Positions 26,501 through 38,500 of a stretch of DNA of 64,000 nt are shown in pieces. The DNA is from Mobula hypostoma (lineage: Eukaryota). A program made the translations under genes and the position numbers. The notes beneath the pieces are model-generated. The model made no database searches and was not told the origin of the DNA. It saw nothing but the letters and a program-made list of their open reading frames with translations. The first letter of the stretch is position 1. Each line of letters begins with the position of its first letter. Location of the stretch: contig NC_086108.1 of assembly GCF_963921235.1 (NCBI RefSeq), forward strand, positions 101,062,001 to 101,126,000. The letters are read 5' to 3'.

Positions 26501-29500
26501 GCGACCTCGCTTATGGCTCAAACAAGCAGAAGCACAATTCCACATTCGGCAGATAACCTCCGATTCCACTCCTGACTACTACGTGGTGAGCTCCCTTGAT
26601 CAGGAGACAGCTGCACAAGTTGAGGAGTTTATACAGTCACCCCCAGAGGACGGCAAATACACAGCATTCAAAGCCCTGCTCATAAGGACTTTTGGACTCT
26701 CGGACTCTCATGGCGCGAGCCAGCTGCTCGCTTACTGCACCTGGATGGTTTGGGAGACAGGCCGCCATTGGCATTAATGAACGAAATGCTGGCCCTGGCT
26801 GAAGGACACAAACCCTGCCTCATGTTTGAGCAGGCGTTCCTAGAGCAACTGCCCGAGGACATATGCTGTCTGACGCAGATTTCAGTGACCCCTGGGAGGT
26901 GGGGGCCCGGGCAGATGTGCTGTGGAATGCCAGGAAGGAGAGAGGGGCATCCGTCACACAGATCACCAAGCCGCGTGCCCAACGGCAGACCAGACCAGGC
27001 CCGGCAGCAGAGCCTACAAAACCCGGCGACGGGAGTAAATAGCCCAACGAACAATGGTGCTTCTACCACCAGCGGGTGGGGCACAGAGGCCCGCCACCAT
27101 AGACCGCCCTGCAAATTCCCGGGAAACGCCAGGGCCAGTCGCCGCTGATGGCTACGGCGGCGGGCCATCAGGACAGCCTCCTGTACGTCTGGGACAAGCA
27201 GTCGGGATGCCGCTTTTTGGTCGACACCGGAGCGGAGATCAGCTTTTTACCTCCAAAGAGTTATGACACCCGCAACAGAGAACCGGGACCCACCCTGAGG
27301 GCCGCAAATGGCAGCACAATAAGGACCTACAGCACCCGCATGGTGTGGCTACAGTTCAGCTCCAGCCGGTTCACGTGGGACTTCATACTGGCCGCCGTGG
27401 CCCAACCACTCCTGGAGGCAGATTTTCTGCGAGCCCACAGCCTGCTGGTCGACCTGCAAGGGAAGCGATTAGTCCACGCCAAGACTTTTCAAACGTACTT
27501 CCTGGGTGAAGCCAAGTTGCCAGCCCCACACCTGGACTCCATCACGCTGTCCGATGACGAATTCACCAGGGTCCTGGCGGATTTCCCATCAGTTCTGACA
27601 CCGCAGTTCACCGCAGCCATGCCCAGACACGGAGCACAGCACCACATCCCGACCCAGGGACCACCCCTCCACGCCCGTGCTTGAAGGCTCCCCCTAGACA
27701 AGCTCCGACTGGCAAAGGAGGAGTTCAAGAAGATGGAGGAATTGGGGATCATACAACGGTCCGACAGTCCATGGGCCTCCCCCCTGCACGTGGTGCCCAA
27801 GGCAACAGGGGGCTGGAGACCATGCGGCGACTACCGCAGGCTGAACGAGGCTACAATGCCAGACCACTACCCTGTGCTGCACATTCAAGATTTTGCAGCA
27901 AACTTACATGGCGCAAGGATCTTTTCCAAGGTAGACCTCGTCCGGGGATACCATCAAATCCCGGTACATCCGGACGACATCCCCAAAACAGCACTCATCA
28001 CCCCGTTCGGCCTTTTCGAATTCCTCCAAATGCCTAAAGAATGCCGCACAGACTTTCCAGCGGCTAATGGACGTGGTGGGATGTGACCTGGGCTTTGCAT
28101 TCATCTAGTTCGATGACATGATCATAGCCAGCAGTAGTCGTCAGAAGCATCTGTCCCACCTCCGTCAACTCTACTCCCGCCTGAGCGAATTCGGCCTTAC
28201 AATCAACTCGGACTCGACACCGTCGACTTCGTGGGCCACAAGATTACTAAACTTGGGGCAACCCCTCTGCCCACCAAGGTAGACACGGTCCGCCACTTCC
28301 CCCGACCCAACACAACCAAAGGCCCGCAGGAATTCGTGGGTATGGTGAATTTCTATCACCGTTTCCTCCCCTCAGCAGCCCGAATCATGTGCCCCCTGTT
28401 CACCCTGATGTCAGGTAAGGGCAGGGACATTACCTGGGATGAAGAGGCCGTGGTCGCTTTCGTTAAAACCAAGGAAGCCTTGGCAAACGCCGCGATGCTA
28501 GTGCACCCCAGAACAGATGTTCCTACTGCCCTCACAGTGGAACCATCCAACACAGCGGTCGGTGGAGTGCTGGAACAACTCATCGAGGGTTGCTGGCAAC
28601 CCCTGGCGTTCTTCAGCAAACACCTACAACCACCCGAACTCAAATACAGTGCTTTCGGCCGGGAGCTATTGGCACTATACCTGGCAATCCGGCATTTCAG
28701 GTACTTCTTAGAAGGTAGGCCCTTCACCGTGTTCACAGACCACAAACCGCTTACCTTTGCGTTCACTAAGGTGTCCGACCCCTGGTCGTCCCGCCAGCAG
28801 CAACATCTGTCCTACATCTCCGAATACACGACGGACATCCGGTATGTCTCGGGAAAGGACAACGTCGTGGCGGACGCACTATCCAGACCTACCATACAGG
28901 CCCTGTCCCAGGGGGTGGACTATGCAGCGCTGGCAGAGGCACAGCAGGCAGACGATGAGATCCCTAGTTACAGAACTGCGGTCTCCGGTTTGCAGCTCCA
29001 AGACCTCCCTGCAGGCCCAGGTGAGAAGACCCTACTGTGTGACGTAGCTACTGGCCAACCCCGCCCCATCGTCCCAGCAGCCTGGCGCTGGTGGGTTTTC
29101 GAATCCATTCACAACTTAGCGCACCCCTCCATCAGGACAACTGTCCAGCTGGTCTCCAACAGGTTCGTGTGGCATGGACTTCGTAAACAGTGAATGGGTC
29201 AAAACGTGCATGCAGTGCCAAACGGCCAAGGTGCAGCAGCACACCAAGGCTCCGCCGCAGCAGTTCGAACCCACCCGCCAGAGGTTTGACCACATTCATG
29301 TGGATATCGTGGGGCCCCTGCCAGTGTCACGAGAAGCGCAGTACCTCCTAACTATCGTAGACCAGTTCACCAGATGGCCAGAGGTGGTCCTGCTCACCGA
29401 CACCACCTCTGAATCCTGCACCCGAGCACTGGTCGCAACCTGGGTAGCCCGCTTCAGGGTACCAGCCCACATTACCTCCGACAGAGGGGCCCAGTTCACC

Positions 29501-32500
29501 TCCAGCCTGTGATCAGCTATGGCCAGCCTTTTAGGAATACAGCTACACCACACAACTGCCTACCACCCACAGTCGAACGGACTAGTGGAGCGTTTCCACC
29601 ATCACCTGAAATCGGCTTTCATGGCCCACCTGGAGGGGCCTAACTGGGTGGACGAACTTCCCTGGGTCCTGCTCGGAATCCGCATGGCGCCCAAGGAGGA
29701 TCTGCACACCTCGTCGGCCGAGTTGGTGTGCAGCGCACCCCTGGTAGTCCCAGGAGAGTTCATACCAGCCCCAAGGGGGCAAGAGGAAGAACCCACAGCA
29801 GTTCTGGACAGACTACAGGAGAGGCTCAGTAACCTGGCCCCCATACCCACTTCACAGCACGGACAGAGCCCGACCTGCGTACCCAAAGACCTGCAGAACT
29901 GTAAGTTTCTTTTTGTACGACGGGGCGGACACCGGGCACCGCTACAGCGACCCTACGAGGGGCTGTTTAAGGTGATCAGGAACAATGGGTCCACATTCGT
30001 GCTGGACATTGGGGGGGAGAGAGGAGGTTTTCACGGTGGACCGACTCAAACCGGCCCATGTGGACTTGGCACAGCCGGTCCAGGCTCAGGCACCGCAGCG
30101 CAGGGGCAGACCTCCCAAACAGAGGCCGATCCAGACTGTGGACATTGGGGGAGGTATCGCCAGTTCTGGGGGGGCGGTTATGTGGCGACCCACTTTCCAG
30201 CGCACACGAACCGGCTCACAAAATGGCACGCGCCGGCAGAGAGGCCAGACCCAAAAAGGGCATCAGGCCATCTTCACCAGCAGGGGAAATGCCCGCGCAC
30301 GGAAATGGTCTGGGAATATGCATTCTCCACAGCAGTCCCGCCCGGGAAGGGCTGGAACGGGAAGGCTTTAAAGGAGGCCGCGTGGTTTGAATAAATCTCT
30401 TTTCTCGCACCTCCAACTCACCGACTACGTGTGGTTATTCTAGCACTGTGTGAAGGACACCGCGACAATACCATGCTTCTGGCACCAACATAGCATTCAC
30501 TACTCTCTTACTAACTCCAACCGGAACACATACCTCTTTGCAATATTGGAGGAAACTGGAGCACCCAGAGGAAAACCATCTGATCACAGGGAGGACGTAC
30601 AAAATCCTTCCAGACAGTGGTGAGAATTGAATCATGATCGCTAATTGTCTGTGCTGTAAACTATTACACCAACAGCTACTGTGACAACCATGCTGTTCAG
30701 ATATAGCTCCATTCCGCACAGCAGACTTGCTGGTTTTGAACAGCAGATTGAACCTGGAGAACTCAAAATGTACCGGGGAAGTAGTTCTGGTGTGAAACAA
30801 AAAGCTCATTAAATGTGCTGTAAGGAAGGGTGAGAGCACAGCTAACACAAATTTTGCTTCACAGTTCCAGAAACCTGGTACAGTCCTGAACAATGAAACA
30901 ACCTCACCACTGCATGGAGTCATCAGCCAATAAACTCAAAAGGCGAAGCAGTATTCAGGAAGAACTTTGATTGTCTGGAATCTCTATTATGTAGGCACAG
31001 TGAGGTCAAGCAGAAATAACAAAAGAAATCTTCAGCACCCTAAGCAATCCATTCAAGTACGAACTGCCAGCGCTGTGAATGATCATAAGACCAGAAGACA
31101 TAGAAACAGAATTAGGCCATTCAGCCCATCAAGTCTGCTCTGTCATTCTGTCATGGCTGATCCCGGATCCCACTTAACTCCATACACCTGCCTTCTTGCC
31201 ATATCCTTTGATACCCTGACTGATCAGGAAACGATCAACTTCCACCTTAAATATACCCACGGACTTGGCCTCTACCATATATGTGTCAGAGCATTCCACA
31301 GATTCTCTAGCTAAAAAAATTCCTCCTTACTTCTTTTCTAAAAGTTTGCCATTCAATTTTGAGGCTGTGCCCTCTAGTTCTGGATATCCCACCACAGGAA
31401 ACATCCTCTTCACATCCACTAATCCTTTCAACATTCAGTAGGTTTCAATGAGATCCTCACACATTCCTCTAAATTCCAGTGAATACAGACCTAAGTTGGC
31501 AAATGCTCTTCATGTGTTAACCCCTTCATTCCCAGAATCATGCTCAGGAGCCTCCTCTGGATTCTCTCCAATGACAACACATCCTTTTTGCAGCCAGCAG
31601 GGTGAGTATCAGTGCATCAGAAGTGCAGAATCAAAAAGGGTAGCAAATACAGTACTCATCGTGTTACATCTCAATGCACGAAGTATAAGAAATAAGGTGG
31701 ATCATCTTGTTACACGTTTACAGATTGTCAGGTATGATGTTGTGACCATTACTGAATCGTGGCTGAAGGATGGTTGTAGTTGGGAACTGAGAGTCCCAAT
31801 TTACACCTTGTATCAGAGGGGTAGGAAGGTGGGCAGAGGGAGTGGCGTGGCTTTGCTGGTAAAGAATGACATCAAATCAATAGAAATATGTGACATAGGA
31901 TCAGAAGATGTTGAATCCTTGTGGGTTTATATTAAGAAACTGCAAGTGTAAAAGAACCCTGATGGCTGTGATATACAGGCCTCTCAACAGTAGCTGGCTG
32001 TGAGCCACAGATTACAACAGGAAATAGAAAAGGAGTATCAAAAGGGCAGTGTTATGATAGTCATGGAGATTTCAACATGCACATCGATCGGGAAAATCAT
32101 TTTGGTAATGGATCTCAAGAGAGTGAGTTTGTTGAATGCCAATGAGATAGCTTTTTAGAGCAGTTTGTCATTGAGCATACTAGGGGATCAGCTGGACTGG
32201 ATTGTGTGCTATGCAGTGAACCAGAGGCGATTAGGGAGCTTAAGGTAAATTAACCCTTAGGAACCAGTAATCACAATATGGTTGAGTTCAACTTGAAATT
32301 TGTTAAGGAGAAAATAAAGTCTGATGCAACAGTATTTCAGTGGAGTAAAGGAAATTACACTGGAATAAGAGAGGTGTTGGCCAAAGTAAACTGGAAGGAT
32401 ATCTGGCAGGGGTGACAGCAGAGAAGCAATAGCAAGAGTTTCTGGGAAAAATGCAGAAGGTGCAGGATAGATGTGTTCCAAAAACAAACAAATTCTCAAT

Positions 32501-35500
32501 GGCTGACAAGGGAAGTCAAAGCTAATATAAAAGCAAAAGAGAGGACATACAACAAAGTAAAAAATAGTGGGAATACAGAGGATTTAAAACCCTACAGAAA
32601 GCAACAAAAAAAAGTCATTAGGAGAGAAAAGATGAACTATGAAAGCAAGCTACCAAACAAGATCAAAGTGGATAGTAAAAGCATTTTCAAGTATGTAAAA
32701 AATAAAAGACGAGAGTGGATATAGGACTGCTAGAAAACGAGGGTGGAGAAATAACTAAGGGGACAAGGAGATGACAGATTAACTAAATGAGTGTTTTGCA
32801 TTAGTCTTCACTGTGGAAGACACCAGCAGTATGCCAAATGTTGAAGGGTGTGAAGGAAGAGAAGAGAGTATTATTTGGAGAAGGTGCTCAGTTGTCTTGG
32901 TACATGTTGGTACCAATGACATAGATAGGACAAAGGAGGAGGTCCTGAAGAGAGATTTCCAGGAGTTAGGATCGAAACTGAGAAGCAGGACCTCCAGGGT
33001 AGCAATCTCGGGATTGCTACCTGTGCCACGTGCTAGCGAGGGCAAGAATAGTAGGATCAGGCAGATGAATGCGTGGCTGAGAGACTGGTGCAGGGGGCAG
33101 GGCTTCAGATTCTTGGATAATTGGGATCTCTTCTGGGGGAAGAACGACCTGTTCAAAAAGGGCAGGTTACACCTGAACCCGAAGGGAACCAATATCCTGG
33201 CGGGAAAGTTTAATAGAGCTGTTAGGGAGGGTTTAAACTAATTTGGCAGGGGGATGGGAACTGGAATGACAGAGCAGAGGAGGGGGAAAACAGAAATAAA
33301 TCTAAGATGGTGAGCAGTAAAGATGTCAGGAAAGACAGGCAGGTGATGGGGCAAATTTGTAGCCATTGGGATGAGCTGCAGTGCAATAAAGTTGTAGTGA
33401 AATCAAAGCGGAAAGTACCAAATACTGGTCTTATGGTGTTGTACTTAAATGCACGCAGCATAAGGAATAAGGTGGATAATCTTGTCGTACAGCTACAGAT
33501 TGGCAGGTATGATATTGGATGCATGTCTCTGGGAGCTGAACGTCCAAGGATACATGGTATATCGGAAGGATAGGAAGGTAGGCAGAGGAGGAGGCTTGGC
33601 TTTATTGGTAAGAAATGATATTAAATCATTAGAAACAGGTGATATAGGATCGGAAGGTGCAGAATCTTTATGGGTTGAGCTAAGAAATAGCAGGGGTAAA
33701 AGGACCCTGATGGCAGTTATTTATAGGCCCCCAAACAGTTGCAGGGATGTGGACTACAAATTACAACTGGAAATAGAAAAGGCTTGTCAGAAGGGCAGTG
33801 TTATGATAATTGTGGGGGATTTTAACATGCGAGTGGATTGGGAAAATTAGGTCGGCACTGGATCTCAAGAGAGAGAATTTGTAGAATGTCTGCGAGATGG
33901 CTTTTTAGAACAGCTTGTTGTTGAGCCCACTAGGGGATCGGCTGTACTGGATTGGGTATTGTGTAACAAACTGGAGGTGATTAGAGAGATTGAGGTGAAG
34001 GAACCCTTAGGAGGCAGTGATCATAACAGGATTGAGTTCACTGTGAAATTTGAAAAAGAGAAGCCGAAATCTGATGTGTCGGTATTTCAGTGGAGTAAAG
34101 GAAATTACAGTGGCATGAGAGAGGAACTGGCCATAGTTGACTGGAAAGGGACACTGGCGGGAAAGACGGCAGAACAGCAGTGGCTGGAGTTTATGCGAGA
34201 AGTGAGAAAGGTGCAAGACAGGTATATTTCAAAAAAGAAGAAATTTTCGAATGGAAAAAGGATGCAACTGTGGTTGACAAGAGAAGTCAAAGCCAAAGTT
34301 AAAGCAAAGGAGAGGGCATACAAGGAAGCAAAAATTAGTGGGAAGACAGGGGATTGGGAAGTTTTTAAAACCTTACAAAAGGAAACTAAGAAGGTCATTA
34401 AGAGGGAAAAGATTAACTATGAAAGGAAGCTAGCAAATAATATCAAAGAGGATACCAAAAGCTTTTTCAAGTATATAAAGAGTAAAAGACAGGTGAGAGT
34501 AGATATAGGACCGATAGAAAATAATGCTGGAGAAATTGTAATGGGAGATAAGGAGATGGCAGAGGAACTGCACGAGTATTTTGCATCAGTCTTCACTGAG
34601 GAAGACATCAGCAGTATACCGGACACTCAAGGGTGGCAGGGAAGAGAAGTGTGCGCAGTCACAATTTTGACAGAGAAAGTACTCAGGAAGCTGAATAGTC
34701 TAAAGGGAAATAAATCTCCCGGACCAGATGGAATGCACCCGCGTATTCTGAAGGAAGTAGCTGTGGAGATTGTGGAGGCATTAGCAATGATCTTTCAAAA
34801 GTTGATAGATTCTGGCATGGTTCCGGAGGACTGGAAGATTGCAAATGTCACTCCACTTTTTAAGAAGGGGGCAAGGAAGCAAAAAGGAAATTATAGACCT
34901 GTTAGCTTGGCATCGGTGGTTGGGAAGTTGTTGGAGCAGATTGTCAAGGATGAGGTTACAGAGTACCTGGAGGCATATGACAAGATAGGCAGAACTCAGC
35001 ATGGATTCCTTAAAGGAAAATCTTGCCTGACAAACCTATTACAATTTTTTTGAGGAAATTACCAGTAGGCTAGACAAGGGAGATGCTGTGGATGTTGTAT
35101 ATTTGGATTCTCAGAAGGCCTTTGACAAGGTGCCACACATGAGGCTACTTAACAAGATAAGAGCCCATGGAATTACAGGAAAGTTACATACGTGGATAGA
35201 GCGTTGGCTGATTGGCAGGAAACAGAGTGGGAATAAAGAGATCCTATTCTGTTTAGCTGTCGGTTACCAGTGGTGTTCCACAGGGGCCCCTGTTGGGGCT
35301 GCTTCTTTTTACATTGTACATCAACGATTTGGATTATGGAATAGATGGCTTTGTGGCTAAATTTGCTGATAATACGAAGATAGGTGGAGGGGCAGGTAGT
35401 GCTGAGGAAATGGAGAGTCTGCAGAGAGATTTGGATAGATTGGAAGAATGGGCAAAGAAGTGGCAAATGAAATACAATGTTGGAAAGTGTATGGTTATGC

Positions 35501-38500
35501 ACTTTGGCAGAAGAAATAAATGGGCAGATTATTATTTAAATGGGGAAAGAATTCAAAGTTCTGAGATGCAACGGGACTTGGGAGTCCTCGTACAGGATAC
35601 CCTTAAGGTTAACCTCCAGGTTGAGTCGGTAGTGAAGAATGTGAATACAATGTTGGCATTCATTTCTGGAGGAATAGAGTATAGGAGCAGGGATGTGATG
35701 TTGAGGCTCTATAAGGCACTGGTGAGACCTCACTTGGAGTACTGTGGGCAGTTTTGGTCTCCTTATTTAAGAAAGGATGTGCTGACATTGGAGAGAGTGC
35801 AGAGAAGATTCATTAGAATGATTCCGGGAATGAGAGGTTTAACATACGAGGAACATTTGTCCGCTCTTGGACTGTATTCCTTGGAGTTTAGAAGAATGAG
35901 GGGAGACCTCATGGAAACATTTCGAATGTTGAAAGGCATGGACAGAGTGGATGTGGCAAAGTTGTTTCCCATGATGGGGGAGTCTAGTACGAGAGGGCAT
36001 GACTTTTAAGGATTGAAGGGCGCCCATTCAGAACAGAAATGCGAAGAAATTTTTTTTAATCAGAGGGTGGTAAATCTATGGAATTTGTTGCCACGGGCAG
36101 CAGTAGAGGTCAAGTCATTGGGTGTATTTAAGGCAGAGATTGATAGGTATCTGAGTAGCCAGGGCATCAAAGGTTATGGTGAGAAGGCGGGGGAGTGGGA
36201 CTAAATGGGAGAATTGATCAGCTCATGATAAAATGGCGGAGAAGACTAGATGGGCCGAATGGCCTACTTCTGCTCCTTTGTCTTATGATCTAAAAAGCTG
36301 AAAGAACTAAGGGTACATAAGTCACCCAGACCAGATGAGCCTCACCCTAGGGTTCTGAAAGAGGTAGTAGTAGAGATTATGGAGACGTTAGCAAAAATCT
36401 TTCAAAAGAGTGTTTGGATTCTGGCATGGTGCCACAGGACTTGAAAATTGCAAATGTCTCTCCATTCTTTAAGAAAGGAGGAAGGCAGCAGAAAGGAAAT
36501 TATAGACCAGATAGCTTGACCTCTGTAGTTGGGAAGATGTTGGAGTCAATTGGTAAGGATGAGGTTATGGAGTACTTAGTGACACGGGACAAGACAGGAC
36601 AAAGCCAGCATGGTTCCCTTAAGGGAAAATGTTGCCCAATGAGCCTGTTGGAATTCTTTGAGGAGATTACAAGTAGGATAGATGAAGGGGATGTTGTATA
36701 TTTGGACTTTCAGATGGCCTTTGACAAGGTGCCACACACGAGACTGCTAACTAAGTTAAGAGGTCATGGGATTACAGGAAAGCTACTGGTATGGTAACAG
36801 CGTTGGTTGATTGGTAGGAGGCAATGAGTGGGAATAAAAGGATCCTTTTCTGGAAGGCTACCAGTGACTAGTGGTGTTCTGCAAGGGTCGGCGTTGGGAC
36901 CACTTCTTTTCATGCTGTTTCTCAATGATTTAGATGATGGAATAGATGGCTTTGTTCCCAAGTTTGCAGATGATACGAAGATTGGTGAAGGGGCAGGTAG
37001 TGCTGAGGAAACAGGTAGGCTGCAGGTCGACATTAGGCAATTGGACATGGGAGTGGCAAACGAAATACAATGTTGCAAAATGCATGGTCATGCACTTTGG
37101 TAGAAGAAATAGATGTGCAGCCTATCTTCTAAATAGGGAACAGACGCAAAAATCTGAGATGCATAGGGACTTGGGAGTCCTTATGCAGAATATTAGCTTG
37201 CAAGTTGAGTTGGTGGTGAGGAAGGCAAATGCAATGTTAGCATTCATTTCAAGAGGTCTAGAATACAAGGTGCTGGTGAAGCCTCACCTTGAGTATTGTG
37301 AACAGTTTTGTCCAGTCATCTTAGAAAAGATGTGTTGGTATCAGAGAAAGTTTACAAGGATGATTCTGGGAATGAAGGGGTTATCATAGGAGGAACTTTT
37401 GATAGCTCTAGATCTGTACTCGCTGGAATTTAAAGGGATGAGGGGAATGTCATTGAAACCTTCCGAGTGTTGAAAGGCCTAGACAGGGTAGAGGTGGAAA
37501 GAGTGTTTCCCATGGTGGGGGAGTCGAGAACAAGAGGGAACGGCGTCAGGATAGTGGGGTGCCCACTTAAAATAGAGATGCAGAGAAATTTCTTTAGGCA
37601 GAGGGCGGTGAATTTGTGGAATTTATTACCACAGGCAGCTGTGGAGGCCAGGTCGTTTTATGTACTTAAGGCAGAACTTGATAGGTTCTTGATTGGACAT
37701 GATATCAAAGGTTACGGGAAGAAGCCCGGAGGGTGGGGCTGAGGAGGGGGAGAAAGTGTCAGCCATGATTGAATGGCGGAGTTGACTTGATAGACCAAAT
37801 GGCCTAATTCTTTCCTATGTCTTATGGTCTTATATGAGAGCCCAAACTGTTGACAATACTCTAAGTGTGGTCTGACTAGTGTCTTATAAAGGCGCAGCAT
37901 TATGTCCTTGCTTTTATATTCTATTTGCCTTGAAATAAATGCCAACATTGTATTTGCCTTCTTTACCAGAGACACAACTTGTAAATTAACCTTCTGCGAG
38001 TCTTGCATGAGGACTCACAAGTCCCTCTGCACCTCTGATGTTTGGATTTTCTCCCCATTTAGTCTGCACTATTGTTCCTTTTACCAAAATGCATTATCAT
38101 ACATTTCCCAAAAGTGTATTCCATTTGTTTCTTCTTTGCCCATTCTTCCAATTTGTCCTGCTACCATTGCATCGCTTCGTCAACACTACCTTCCCCTCCA
38201 CCTTTCTGCATATCATCTGCAAACTTTGCCACAAAGCCATTAATTCCATTATCCAAATCATTGACAAACAATGTGAAAAATAGTGGTCCCAATAATGAAC
38301 CCTGAGGAACACCACTAGTCGCTGGTAGCCAACTAGAAAAGGCCCCCTTTATTCCCACTCACTGCCTCCTGCCTGTCAGCCATTCCTCCATCCATGCCAA
38401 TATCTTTCCTGTAACACCACAGGATTTTTATCTTGTTAAGTAGCCTCATGTGTGGTATCTTATCAAATGCCTTCTGAAAGTACAAGTAACATCCTCTGCC

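Larger units (their letters stand above)
26128..30467 (+). mobile_element. Full-length, decayed Ty3/Gypsy LTR retrotransposon (CsRn1-like)
   Basis: Two LTRs, PBS, gag, PR-RT-RH-IN order, PPT; flanks agac/atac; splits a V-SINE. Confidence 0.94.

Noticed and set aside
30435..30923. 162-aa minus-strand ORF or extra exon in partly unique sequence
   Set aside because: Half of it is V-SINE and LTR sequence; no recognisable motif, and the CLCA exon chain is complete without it.
33959..36009. Active autonomous CR1
   Set aside because: 5'-truncated, with frameshifts and stops, and the catalytic FADD mutated to FADN.
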